Source: Candidatus Fraserbacteria bacterium (GTDB lineage: Bacteria; Bipolaricaulota; Bipolaricaulia; RBG-16-55-9; DRXL01). Taken from it: a stretch of 64,000 nucleotides of DNA. Positions 1-12,821 of the stretch are shown in pieces; the first letter of the stretch is position 1, and the number at the start of each line of letters is the position of its first letter. The notes beneath the pieces were generated by a model. That model was not told the DNA's origin. It saw only the letters and a list, made by a program, of their open reading frames with translations, and did no database searches. The position numbers and the translations under genes are program-made. The stretch is from the NCBI GenBank assembly GCA_947085185.1, contig CAMTVK010000002.1, positions 10,867 through 74,866 of the forward strand, given 5' to 3'.

Positions 1-381
1 GGGCTTCTCCACTAAGATGCGATCCCCAGGGTTGATGAAGACTTTCCCGATGAGATCTAACGCTTGTTGGGAGCCGCTGGTGATTAAGATGTTCTCCGGG
101 TTGACGACGATCCCATAGCGCGCCGTGTGGCGCGCGATCATCTCTCTCAAGGGGCGATAGCCCTCGGTCCTGCTGTACTGCAGCGCTTGTGGGCCGTGCT
201 CGGCTAAGACTTTCTGGCAGGCTTCTTGGAATTCTTTCACCGGGAAGACATCGGGGGCGGGCAGGCCGCCCGCAAACGAGATGACGTCTGGCTGCTCGGT
301 CAGCTTCAGCAATTCACGAATTGCCGAGCTCTGCATTCGTTGAGTGCGCTGCGCGTAGCGCTCAGCCCATAGAGTCTTCAT
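1..381 (-). CDS. PLP-dependent aminotransferase (class I/II, 2-aminoadipate/MocR-like). Only the N-terminal part is present; the rest runs off the left edge.
   Basis: Reverse translation from ATG (complement of 379-381) gives MKTLWAERYAQRTQRMQSSAIRELLKLTEQPDVISFAGGLPAPDVFP...ILITSGSQQALDLIGKVFINPGDRILVEKP. This is the typical N-terminal signature of the family. A GGAGGGA Shine-Dalgarno lies just upstream. Confidence 0.8.
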   Translation of the reverse strand, partial: MKTLWAERYAQRTQRMQSSAIRELLKLTEQPDVISFAGGLPAPDVFPVKEFQEACQKVLAEHGPQALQYSRTEGYRPLREMIARHTARYGIVVNPENILITSGSQQALDLIGKVFINPGDRILVEKP

Positions 382-437
382 AACTCCCTCCTTACTTCTA
401 TTGTGCCACAGTTGGGCTCATGGCGCTATGACGGCGG

Positions 438-1862
438 TCAAGGCATTAAGTGGAATTGGATGAGCAACCACAAAAGGCCGATCAGGGCAGGCAGAACCCC
501 GGCAATCAAGCCAATTAAGATCCATTTGCGCAGCGTCATGCAGTAACCCGTGTGCTTCTCCAAAATGCCTAGGGCGACGATGTTGGCAGTTGAGCCGACC
601 ATCGTGATGTTGCCCCCGTAAGTTCCCCCAAAAAGCAAAGCCCACCACAGTGGGAAGCTCTTGATCCCCGTGGCCTGGAGCGCCGCAATCACCGGCAGGA
701 AGGCCGCCACCAGCACTAAGTTATCCAGTGCGGCTGAGCCGAAAGTGGCTATCCCCGTGATGAGGGGTGTGAGCCAAAGCGGGTCCGTGCTGAGCCCGCT
801 GAAGGCCTTGGCTACCCGATCCGTCAAACCCACGTAGCTCAGGGTTCCCGCCTTGGCAAACAAGAACATAAAGAAGGTCAGCGTCCACCAATCGACGCTT
901 CTTTCTAAATATTCCCGGGCTCTCTCCCGCTTCCAGAACATGACCGCCGCCGCCCCGCCAATGGACGTGGCCACCAGCAGTGTGTTCTTCTCCAATCCCA
1001 GGGCCAGCTCCAGGCGGTAATGCAAGGCGAGCAGCAGTATGACTGTAGTAAAGAGCAGCACTCCTCTCCGGAAGAACGCCTTGTCCTCCACGTCTGCCCA
1101 AGCATCGAGAGCCACACCGAGGGCTAAGGGGTCCCCCTGTGCCTCCATCTTTGCCTGAAGCTCCGCCAGATCCTTGCGCTGCCACCACCAGATAATAATG
1201 ATGAGAGCCAGCAACGAGAGGAGACCTACGGGGAAGGCCCAACGAAGGAAATCCTCAAAGGTCAGGCCAGCGCGCAGCGCGATCATTATCCCCACGGGAT
1301 TCCCCAGCACGGTCCAGGAGCTGCCGATATTGGTGGCCAACACCACCGAGATGATGTAGTTCACCGGATTCACTTTGTAGCGGCTACAAAAGTCCAGCAC
1401 AATCGCGGTTATGAAGAGTATAGAGGTGACTTCGTCCACCAAAGCCGCCGTGAACGCGGCCATGAAGAGAAAGAGCGCCATAACTTTCTTGGCGTTGAAG
1501 CCAGCCAATTTGACGGTCGTGATGCCCAGCCAGGAGAAGAACCCGGTCTCCCTGATCAAGCCGATGAGTATCATCATGCCGATCAGGAAGACGATGACAT
1601 CCAGCTGCATGAACTCTATGGTGTGCTTGAGGTCTATCGTCCTGGTGAGGAGCAAGATCACGATGCCGGCAAAGGCAATGGCCAGCCGGAACCTCCAGAA
1701 CATCAAGGTTCCCACAACGGTAGCCATAAAGATTGTGGCAGATAGGGCCTGAGGTATGTCCTGCAACAGCCAGAAGAATGCCGTGCCCAAGGCTAACATA
1801 ATGGTGCCATAAATGATAAAATCCTTGTTGGTTCCCGGGACCCCAAGATGTTCCGCTTCCAT
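438..1862 (-). CDS. ArsB/NhaD (SLC13-like) superfamily ion transporter permease
   Basis: 474-aa polytopic membrane protein. It has two hydrophobic halves separated by a charged central loop (RKDLAELQAKMEAQGDPLALG), as in NhaD/ArsB/CitMHS-type permeases. Confidence 0.6.
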   Translation of the reverse strand: MEAEHLGVPGTNKDFIIYGTIMLALGTAFFWLLQDIPQALSATIFMATVVGTLMFWRFRLAIAFAGIVILLLTRTIDLKHTIEFMQLDVIVFLIGMMILIGLIRETGFFSWLGITTVKLAGFNAKKVMALFLFMAAFTAALVDEVTSILFITAIVLDFCSRYKVNPVNYIISVVLATNIGSSWTVLGNPVGIMIALRAGLTFEDFLRWAFPVGLLSLLALIIIIWWWQRKDLAELQAKMEAQGDPLALGVALDAWADVEDKAFFRRGVLLFTTVILLLALHYRLELALGLEKNTLLVATSIGGAAAVMFWKRERAREYLERSVDWWTLTFFMFLFAKAGTLSYVGLTDRVAKAFSGLSTDPLWLTPLITGIATFGSAALDNLVLVAAFLPVIAALQATGIKSFPLWWALLFGGTYGGNITMVGSTANIVALGILEKHTGYCMTLRKWILIGLIAGVLPALIGLLWLLIQFHLMP

Positions 1863-1976
1863 ATGCCTTCATTTTAAGGGCGCTTTCCCACAATTGCTAT
1901 GATCCGGCTCAAAGATGGAACTGATGATCGTCATGGCGCTCGCGTTTCGCTTGGGGGAGATTGTGCTTGCGCGAGC

Positions 1977-2005
1977 TTGACATCCCCGCGCAGATGTGCT
2001 AGAGT
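1977..2005 (+). promoter_or_regulatory. Sigma70-like promoter TTGACA-N17-TAGAGT
   Basis: TTGACA at 1977-1982, a 17-nt spacer, then TAGAGT at 2000-2005. It points into the structured region and the decayed GNAT gene. Confidence 0.45.
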
Positions 2006-2075
2006 ATGGGCATCCTCGGCCGGTTGTGGAGAGGCCCAAGCAAAATTGAAATACCCAAACCGGCGACTGAAGGCG

Positions 2076-2161
2076 CCGGCTCAGCAGGTGGAAGCGTGCT
2101 GAAGCACGCTCGCCAGCCCTCTTGAGTGGGCTTTCACTTGCTGAGCCGGATGCTTCAGCAC
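2076..2161. other. Interleaved inverted repeats (A-B-A'-B' order), a possible structured RNA or attenuator
   Basis: A, CCGGCTCAGCAGGTG (2076-2090), pairs with A', CACTTGCTGAGCCGG (2135-2149), over 15 bp with one G-T. B, GTGCTGAAGCA (2096-2106), pairs with B', TGCTTCAGCAC (2151-2161), over 11 bp. Alternative local hairpins are AGCGTGC-TGAA-GCACGCT (2093-2110) and AGCCC-N8-GGGCT (2115-2132). Confidence 0.4.
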
Positions 2162-2213
2162 CCGGCCCCTTCTGATCGCCGACGTCGCGCAACAGGAGAA
2201 GCGTCGGCTGCTG

Positions 2214-2604
2214 ATGGCGAGCACAGACTCGGCGATCCCCGCGGGAGAAGCATTCATGAAGCGCCTTGGGGCACGGCCAGGGCAAGTCAACCTCACGAAT
2301 CAGTTGGATCTCGCTGAGCTGGACAGGGAGCTGTTGCGGCGTTGGCAAGAGCGCGCGCCCAAAGACGAGTTCGAGCTTGGAATACCGTGGGCACGGCTTA
2401 GGAAAGTGGCTCAAAGCCGCAATGTTGGAGAAAGTGCTGCGCGACCGCCCCCAAGTCAAGCGCGTGCGCACGGGCAATGCCAACTCCAACGCCCCAATGC
2501 TCAAAATTAACTATGAGCTGGGCTTCAAGCCCTACAAGCAATGGACGACCTGGCAGGTGGAGCTGGAGAGAGTACTGGGATATCTCAAATCGTCTCCAGC
2601 GTGA
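2214..2604 (+). pseudogene. GNAT-family N-acetyltransferase remnant, frameshifted with an internal deletion
   Basis: Two overlapping frames carry pieces of one GNAT-type protein. One is ...QVNLTNQLDLAELDRELLRRWQERAPKDEFELG (frame of 2214). The other is the C-terminal core GHGLGKWLKAAMLEKVLRDRPQVKRVRTGNANSNAPMLKINYELGFKPY (frame of 2266). The roughly 100 aa normally between them is missing. Confidence 0.6.
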
Positions 2605-3355
2605 TCTGGTCAGCTTTCTCGAGGGGTTGACCCAAATCTAGGATCGCGACTGTTCTAGGAACAGGATACGCCGAGGACGTAAAGAGCGTCAGACAACGCC
2701 TGCCAAAGAGATAGCGCGGCGCCTGAGGCTGATGCCCACGAATTAAGATCTTTTTATTGAGTCGTCTCATGAGCTCGCGAAAATACGCCTCGCCGTATTG
2801 GGGCCGCCCGCCCCAGTCGCCTAAATAATACCCAGGGACTTCCTGCCAGTCCCCCCACGTGATCGCGCGCCACTGAGCTGAACCTAATTCAATGTGATTG
2901 ATCTCGTTGAGAGCGTGCACGTCGGGCACCCCTCCGTGGGTCGCGAGCACGCCGTTGCGCGTCGAGACGACTAATGGGAGCAATGCGAGCGTTTCGGCGA
3001 AGCGCGCCCGACGCTCTCCAGCAAGCCCCTCCCAAAAATCTGCCGGGGAGAACTCCCCATACTTCCAGCCCTCGTGATTGCCCTGAAGCAAAAAGATATT
3101 TTTGGGGTGCTTCAGCTTCTGCTCCACCAGAAAGAGCAGATTCTCCAAAGAGTGTGGTCCACGATCTACATAGTCTCCTAAGAAGACAAGTATAGTCTGC
3201 TCGTCGAGATAGCGCGCGATGACAGTCTGCGAGGCTTCCAAGTCGCCGTGGGTGTCACCGACGAAGACCGCACGGCCGCCAGAAGAGAGCTCGATGAGCC
3301 GCCCTTGGCGAGTACATACGTGAGAGAATCTCTCTAGAAGCTCTTGTTCGTTCAT
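2585..3355 (-). CDS. PPP-family metallophosphoesterase (Ser/Thr phosphatase or ApaH/PrpE-like)
   Basis: Motifs GDTHGD, GDYVDRG, GNHE and THGG occur in the canonical order. Confidence 0.85.
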   Translation of the reverse strand: MNEQELLERFSHVCTRQGRLIELSSGGRAVFVGDTHGDLEASQTVIARYLDEQTILVFLGDYVDRGPHSLENLLFLVEQKLKHPKNIFLLQGNHEGWKYGEFSPADFWEGLAGERRARFAETLALLPLVVSTRNGVLATHGGVPDVHALNEINHIELGSAQWRAITWGDWQEVPGYYLGDWGGRPQYGEAYFRELMRRLNKKILIRGHQPQAPRYLFGRRCLTLFTSSAYPVPRTVAILDLGQPLEKADQITLETI

Positions 3356-3981
3356 AGCTTCTCACGGATCTTTTGCAATGTCTGCCACTTACGCCGTGCG
3401 CACTCAGGGAAACGCCCTGTGCGCTCGTAAAAATCTCTCAAAAACTTGCGCGTCTTCTGCTCCCCGGGATACCCCCAGCCAAAATCCCCGTACTCTTGAC
3501 GCAATCTCTCGATCGCTCGATCACGAGAGACTTTAGCTATGATTGAGGCAGCGCTCACGATGGGATAGAGCACATCAGCCCCGTTCTCGGCACGCAGCTC
3601 AAACGCTTGAGCACTCACGCGCTCTCGCAGGGCTCGAACGAATCCCTCGCGGGCCGCAGGCCCCACCGGCAGATCGAGATAGACCCAATCAGCAGCACTG
3701 CCCCGAATAATCTGCCCCATCGCCTGGAGCTCTATCTCCGTAAGATTCTCCTCGAGCTCGCCTGGCTCGATCTTCAGAATGAATATATCGGCGATCTGCT
3801 CGATCTGGGCGGCAAGCTCCTCGCGGCGCGCTCGGGAAAGCTGCTTACTGTCCCGCACCCCAAGAGCAGCGAGCGCTCCAAGGTCCCGTGAAGCACACAA
3901 CACCCCAGCGACGACCAACGGCCCGATCACACAGCCTCGTCCAGCTTCGTCTATCCCTAAGATCTTCATAGCCGTTTGCAA
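3352..3981 (-). CDS. rnhB: Ribonuclease HII
   Basis: MKILGIDEAGRGCVIGPLVVAGV..., ...SAASIIAKVSRD..., ...GYPGE. The start could be ATG at 3969 rather than 3981. It has a 4-nt overlap with the downstream phosphatase gene. Confidence 0.9.
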   Translation of the reverse strand: MQTAMKILGIDEAGRGCVIGPLVVAGVLCASRDLGALAALGVRDSKQLSRARREELAAQIEQIADIFILKIEPGELEENLTEIELQAMGQIIRGSAADWVYLDLPVGPAAREGFVRALRERVSAQAFELRAENGADVLYPIVSAASIIAKVSRDRAIERLRQEYGDFGWGYPGEQKTRKFLRDFYERTGRFPECARRKWQTLQKIREKL

Positions 3982-4038
3982 GGAGCCTCATTCAGTCTAT
4001 ACAATGCACGGTGCTCCAAGCAACAAGGAGGTGGAGCT

Positions 4039-5298
4039 GTGAAGCTCTTTGTGCTCAGCCTCGATGGAACGCCCTATACGCTGCTTGCCCACGCGATATC
4101 CCAAGGCCGACTGCCCCATCTCCGCAAGCTCTTTCAGCAGGGGTCCTTCGTGCAGATGGACTCCGTCATCCCCACGATCTCGTCGGTCGCTTGGGCCACG
4201 TTCGCCACCGGGGTCAACCCCGCTAAGCACAATATCTTCGGGTTCGTCGATGTGGACGAGCAAAGACGCTTGGTCGTCCCCAATGCCTCTCATATGACCG
4301 CGCGACCGCTGTGGCAGCGCTTGACCGAGCTGGGCCTGCGCTCCATCTGGATCAATCTTCCCATTACTTATCCCCCCGAGGCTCTCAACGGGGTGATGGT
4401 CTCCGGGTTCTTGTGCACCCAGCTCGAAGAAGCCGTCTACCCCACGAGTCTTCTGCCTACGCTGAGAGAGATAGACTATCTCATTGACGCCGACCCAGCT
4501 CGCGCCTATAGGGACCCAGATGGCTTCCTCACAGAGCTCTTCGCAGCTTTGGACGGCCGACGTCGCCTCACATGGCATCTGTTAGAGACCGAGCCCTGGG
4601 ATTTCTTCTTGCTCCATATTATGGAGACCGATCGGCTCCATCACTTCTTCTGGGACGCCAAGGACGACCCGCATCATCCCCATCATCGTGACTTCTGGAG
4701 ACTCTACGAAGAGATCGATCGTTTTGTCGGGGAGCTTCTTGAACGACTTCCCAAAGAGTGCGAGCTGGTGCTCTTATCGGATCACGGATTTTGCCGCATC
4801 GAGCATGAAGTCGAACTCAACGTCTTCCTGCGCGAGCACGGATTCTTACGAGCGGCTGATCTGACTCAGCTGCACCCAGCCAGCCGTGTCTTCGGGCTCA
4901 TCCCCGGACGGCTCTATATCACCGAGAGAGAGCCCGAGCGCACCCGCGAGGAGCTCACGCGGGCCCTCTACGATCTGAAAGATCCCCAGGGCAGACCCGT
5001 CATCGCACGCGTCTGGCGACGCGAAGAGCTCTATACCGGGCCATATCTTGCAAAAGCGGCCGATCTCATCGCGGTCCCGCATAATGGCTACGATCTCAAG
5101 GCCCGACTCGGAGCGTCCCAGCTCTTTGTCAAGAGCCGCCTTCAGGGGATGCACACCTTCGATGACGCGTTTCTCTTCGTGCGCGGCCATGCACTCACCA
5201 CCCCATCTAAGCCCCAAATCGTAGATCTTGCCCCAACGCTCTACGCCCTGGCCGGGCGAGAGCCTCCCCCAGACTTTGAAGGACGCAATCTCCTATGA
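4039..5298 (+). CDS. Alkaline-phosphatase superfamily enzyme (type I phosphodiesterase / nucleotide pyrophosphatase family)
   Basis: GTG start at 4039 with an AAGGAGGTGG Shine-Dalgarno. Sequence reads VKLFVLSLDGTPYTLL...IPTISSVAWATFATG (nucleophile region)...LLSDHGF. Confidence 0.7.
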   Translation: MKLFVLSLDGTPYTLLAHAISQGRLPHLRKLFQQGSFVQMDSVIPTISSVAWATFATGVNPAKHNIFGFVDVDEQRRLVVPNASHMTARPLWQRLTELGLRSIWINLPITYPPEALNGVMVSGFLCTQLEEAVYPTSLLPTLREIDYLIDADPARAYRDPDGFLTELFAALDGRRRLTWHLLETEPWDFFLLHIMETDRLHHFFWDAKDDPHHPHHRDFWRLYEEIDRFVGELLERLPKECELVLLSDHGFCRIEHEVELNVFLREHGFLRAADLTQLHPASRVFGLIPGRLYITEREPERTREELTRALYDLKDPQGRPVIARVWRREELYTGPYLAKAADLIAVPHNGYDLKARLGASQLFVKSRLQGMHTFDDAFLFVRGHALTTPSKPQIVDLAPTLYALAGREPPPDFEGRNLL

Positions 5299-6146
5299 GA
5301 TTTCTGATCTATTCCAAGGCCCTCTACTCAACTTGGGTCTACTACAGCCCCGATCGCATCGCGTTTGACGCCGGCGAGGGCATCAGTACGATCTTGGGGA
5401 ATAAAGTCTTCGCCATCGAGAGAATCTTCCTCTCTCACGGCCACGCCGATCACATCACGGGCTTGATTGGGCTCATCAACATCCGCAACAGCGGCATGGG
5501 CGATACCGAAAAACCCTTGACTATTTATTATCCCGAGGGCAATTGGCGCGTGCTCGAGCTGATCAGCTATATTAAGAAGACCAATCGTCGTCTCCAATAT
5601 CGCTTAGAATGGGTCCCGCTCTCCATCGGCGACCGAGTCGAGGTCTTCTCCGGCCAGTGCCCTCGCTATGTAGAAGCCTTCAAGACCGTCCACGCTGATA
5701 ACGAAATCTCGCTGGGATATACTATTATCGAGCAACGAAGGCGCCTCAAGCCCCACTACCGTGACCTGCCGCAAGAAGAGATCCTCAAGCTCGTGCAAGC
5801 TGACAAGCGCGATGAGATCTCTGAGATCTATCTGAAAAAGCTCGTCTCTTATGGGGGAGACTCCGTCGCTCTCGACCCAAGAGACATTTTGGAAACCGAT
5901 ATTCTCTTGCACGACTGCACGTTCCTCACCGAAGAAGAACGCGAAGATTTTAAACACGCCACGCTCTCAGAAGCCCTCGAGGTGGCCCTGCGCGCTCACG
6001 TGCAAGAAGCTTTTTTTGCTATGCACATCAGCTCACGGTATCAGCAAAAGCTCAAAGAGATCGAGGGACAGCTGATGCGCGAGCACCCGAAGTGGCCCTT
6101 CAAAGTGGTCTTTGTGCCGCCGGGGAAGCTCTTTCGCTATGCATAG
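5295..6146 (+). CDS. MBL-fold metallo-hydrolase (RNase Z-like)
   Basis: HGHADH motif (LSHGHADHITG). It has a 4-nt overlap with the upstream gene. Confidence 0.7.
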   Translation: MRFLIYSKALYSTWVYYSPDRIAFDAGEGISTILGNKVFAIERIFLSHGHADHITGLIGLINIRNSGMGDTEKPLTIYYPEGNWRVLELISYIKKTNRRLQYRLEWVPLSIGDRVEVFSGQCPRYVEAFKTVHADNEISLGYTIIEQRRRLKPHYRDLPQEEILKLVQADKRDEISEIYLKKLVSYGGDSVALDPRDILETDILLHDCTFLTEEEREDFKHATLSEALEVALRAHVQEAFFAMHISSRYQQKLKEIEGQLMREHPKWPFKVVFVPPGKLFRYA

Positions 6147-6501
6147 ATTCTGTACGCACAATCTGATTCTGTGCGTCGACATGGACGATGCGCGGGCGGT
6201 GGCGCTGGGCTTCCTCGGGTTCAAAGCTCGCGTATGCCAAGATAATGACGAGATCTCCGGGGGCGCCCCAGCGCGCCGCCGCGCCGTTGAGCTGCACCAT
6301 GCCGGACCCTGCCGGCCCCGCGATCACATACGTCTGGAGCCGCGACCCATTGTTGATATTGACGACATCAACTTTCTCGAACGGGAGAATCTGCGCGGCT
6401 TCCATGAGCAGGCTGTCGAGCGTCAGGCTGCCCTCGTAATGCAAATCCGTCGCGGTGATCGTCGCCCGATGGATCTTCGACTTCAATACCTCAATGTGCA
6501 T
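6100..6501 (-). CDS. panD: Aspartate 1-decarboxylase
   Basis: MHIEVLKSKIHRATITATDLHYEGSLTLD (self-processing G-S site)...NGAAARWGAPGDLVIILAY. The ORF could extend to 6537. The 3' end overlaps the convergent MBL gene. Confidence 0.9.
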   Translation of the reverse strand: MHIEVLKSKIHRATITATDLHYEGSLTLDSLLMEAAQILPFEKVDVVNINNGSRLQTYVIAGPAGSGMVQLNGAAARWGAPGDLVIILAYASFEPEEAQRHRPRIVHVDAQNQIVRTESMHSERASPAAQRPL

Positions 6502-6621
6502 ACGCTGCTTTAATCTTAAAGCCTCTCGCGACATCATGCAAGCAGTGCCTGTCAGAGAGACCTAGTTGCAGGTTATAATAGAAATGTGATAAGATAACCC
6601 TTGTTAGGGGAATCTCGACCT

Positions 6622-7683
6622 ATGTGGAGCTTCATCGTCCGGCGCGTCTTGTATATGATCCCACTGCTCTTTATTATCTCTATCGTCGCTTTCACCGTGG
6701 TGAAGCTCCAACCCTCCGATCTGATCGCCCAATGGAAGTTCAACCCCAGCATCGGCCAGGAGCAATTAGAAAATTTAATCAAACAGTTCGATCTCGATAA
6801 AGACCCAGTCACTCAGTATATCAGTTGGATCCGCAATATCTTCACCAAGGGCGACTGGGGATTCTCGTTCTTCAATAAAGTTCCTGTGTTCGATTATCTC
6901 TTTGGCAACGGCAACTTGCTGTATAGCTTGATCATTATTTTCGTGACGATGCTCTTCACCTGGGCCATTGCCATCCCCATCGGAATTTATTCGGCTACTC
7001 ATAAGTACTCTATCTTAGATCACTTCTTGAATTTTATGGGGTTTGTAGGGCTGTCTATTCCGAACTTCTTGCTCGCTGTGATCTTCTTGCAGCTCATGGT
7101 GGCGGTGCTCAAGGTGGGGAGCTGGTGCAACTACGAGTGGCTTCGCCCCGTGGTGGAGTTCTTCCGACCAGGCATAGAATGCAGCCCCGGCCAGGGACTG
7201 GGCGTGGGGTATCTCTTCGACCAAGAGTATCTGACGGCCCCGTGGAGCTGGGAGAGGCTGCGCAATTTCATCTGGCATCTGTGGCCCGTGGTCCTCATCG
7301 TGGGCACGGCCAACATCGCGGCTTTGATTCGCTACATGCGCGCCAATCTCTTAGACGTGCTCGGGCAGCCGTACGTGCAGACGGCGCGCGCCAAAGGGCT
7401 GTCAGAAAGAGTCGTCATCTACAAACACGCCGTGCGCAACGCCATCAACCCCTTGGTGAGTATGCTGGGATTTTGGATCCCCTTGATGTTCGAGGGGATG
7501 CTCGTCACGTCCGCGGTGCTCAGTTTACAGACGGTCGAACGCGCTTACTATGAGGCCTTATACACTCATGACCAGTGGGTCATCATGGGAGGATTGCTCT
7601 ACTTTGGGGGCATCTTGTTAGTGGGGAATCTGCTCGCCGATATCCTGCTTGCTGTCGTAGACCCCAAGATTCGCTATGAATGA
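6622..7683 (+). CDS. ABC transporter permease, DppB/OppB type
   Basis: N-terminus MWSFIVRRVLYMIPLLFIISIVAFTVV plus the EAA-like loop YVQTARAKGLSERVVIYKHAVRNA. Confidence 0.85.
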   Translation: MWSFIVRRVLYMIPLLFIISIVAFTVVKLQPSDLIAQWKFNPSIGQEQLENLIKQFDLDKDPVTQYISWIRNIFTKGDWGFSFFNKVPVFDYLFGNGNLLYSLIIIFVTMLFTWAIAIPIGIYSATHKYSILDHFLNFMGFVGLSIPNFLLAVIFLQLMVAVLKVGSWCNYEWLRPVVEFFRPGIECSPGQGLGVGYLFDQEYLTAPWSWERLRNFIWHLWPVVLIVGTANIAALIRYMRANLLDVLGQPYVQTARAKGLSERVVIYKHAVRNAINPLVSMLGFWIPLMFEGMLVTSAVLSLQTVERAYYEALYTHDQWVIMGGLLYFGGILLVGNLLADILLAVVDPKIRYE

Positions 7684-8905
7684 GCACGCTCCGGAAGTCC
7701 ACCCTGTCTCCCAGTGGCGCTTGATCTGGCGACGGTTTAAGCACCACAAGATCGGGCTCATCGGCACCGCGATCATTCTGCTCTTTTATGTGATCTTCGT
7801 CGTGCTGGCGGAATTCATCGCCCCGTATAACTATAATAATGAGCACCGGGAATTCGGCTACGTCCCCCCGATGATCTCGAAGATTCGGTTCTGGGACAAG
7901 GACGGGAGATTTTCATTCAAGCCGTTCGTCTACGGTCTGAAGAAGTGTCAAGTCTATCTGAACCCGATCACCGGCGAGCAGACCTGCGAAGATAACCCGT
8001 TCTTTCTCTTTCAGCCGGGCAAGTACATGTGGCTGGAAGACACAGACTATAAGTGTACTCTCGAGCTCTTTGTCCGGGGGGAGCCCTATCGCTTCTGGGG
8101 TCTGTGGCGCACGGATATCCATCTCTTTGGGGTGCGGCAAGAGGGGGTCCCATTCGACCCGTACTCTCTAGACAAATCCCCGTGTCAGCTCTTTCTCTTT
8201 GGGTCCGATAAATTGGGCTATGACATCTTCTCCATGACGCTGGTGGGGGGCAAGATCTCGCTGCTCATCGGGCCGATTGTGATCGTCATTGCGTTTTTCG
8301 TAGGGATCTTGCTTGGGGGCATCTCGGGGTATTACGGGGGGGGCATAGATACGTTCATTCAGCGGGTGATCGAGATCTTCATGGCGTTGCCCCGGTTAGC
8401 GTTGCTCTTGGCGCTCTCGCTCATTCTTTCTGCCAACAAGCTCTACGGCATGGCGACGTTTTGGGGGATCGTGGTGATTTTGTCCCTTGTGAGCTGGGCG
8501 CCGCTGGCGCGCGTCATCCGCGGGCAATTTTTAGCCCTGCGCGAATCGGAGTTCATCGCGGCAGCCAAGGCCATCGGTAGCGGAGACCTGCGCATCATCC
8601 TCAAGCACATCCTCCCCAATACCATGAGCTATCTCGTGGTCGCGGCAACGCTGACCATCCCCAATATTATCATCTTGGAGAGCACGCTCAGCTTCTTGCG
8701 CTTAGGGATACGCGCCCCGCTCACTAGCTGGGGGGTCCTGATGCAAGAGGCCTGGTTCACAAGTGTCATTCAGAACTATCCGTGGTTTCTGATCCCCGGG
8801 ATCTTTATCGTGCTGTCGGTGCTGGCATTTAACTTCATGGGCGACGCCCTGCGCGATGCCGTCGACCCCTTCACGGTCACGGGCATCAAAGAAGAAGCCA
8901 CGTAA
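7676..8905 (+). CDS. ABC transporter permease, DppC/OppC type, with a long N-terminal extracytoplasmic segment
   Basis: EFIAAAKAIGSGDLRIILKHILPN (EAA loop). It has an 8-nt overlap with the preceding permease. Confidence 0.85.
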   Translation: MNEHAPEVHPVSQWRLIWRRFKHHKIGLIGTAIILLFYVIFVVLAEFIAPYNYNNEHREFGYVPPMISKIRFWDKDGRFSFKPFVYGLKKCQVYLNPITGEQTCEDNPFFLFQPGKYMWLEDTDYKCTLELFVRGEPYRFWGLWRTDIHLFGVRQEGVPFDPYSLDKSPCQLFLFGSDKLGYDIFSMTLVGGKISLLIGPIVIVIAFFVGILLGGISGYYGGGIDTFIQRVIEIFMALPRLALLLALSLILSANKLYGMATFWGIVVILSLVSWAPLARVIRGQFLALRESEFIAAAKAIGSGDLRIILKHILPNTMSYLVVAATLTIPNIIILESTLSFLRLGIRAPLTSWGVLMQEAWFTSVIQNYPWFLIPGIFIVLSVLAFNFMGDALRDAVDPFTVTGIKEEAT

Positions 8906-8978
8906 AAGCGACTCTCCCCCAGCTCCCAGAGCGTGCCTGCTGCCGTCACCCATCGGGGAGACAGATTGTCGGAATCAC

Positions 8979-9007
8979 TTGATTTTTTCTGCATTTTTCA
9001 GTATTAT
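8979..9007 (+). promoter_or_regulatory. Sigma70-like promoter TTGATT-N17-TATTAT upstream of gyrA
   Basis: Hexamers at 8979-8984 and 9002-9007. It is followed by the hairpin GGTCTG-N8-CAGACC (9008-9027) and a GGGGGGA Shine-Dalgarno. Confidence 0.5.
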
Positions 9008-9050
9008 GGTCTGTCTTTTAGCAGACCTTCCAAGGGGGGAATAGAACATT

Positions 9051-12815
<3,765 letters not shown>

Positions 12816-12821
12816 GCAGCC

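Noticed and set aside
1869-2504. A 211-aa minus-strand ORF spanning the promoter/structured region and the GNAT remnant
   Set aside because: It has no recognisable motif and a low-complexity Arg/Ser/Pro-rich composition. It overlaps plus-strand GNAT homology, which explains the open frame better.
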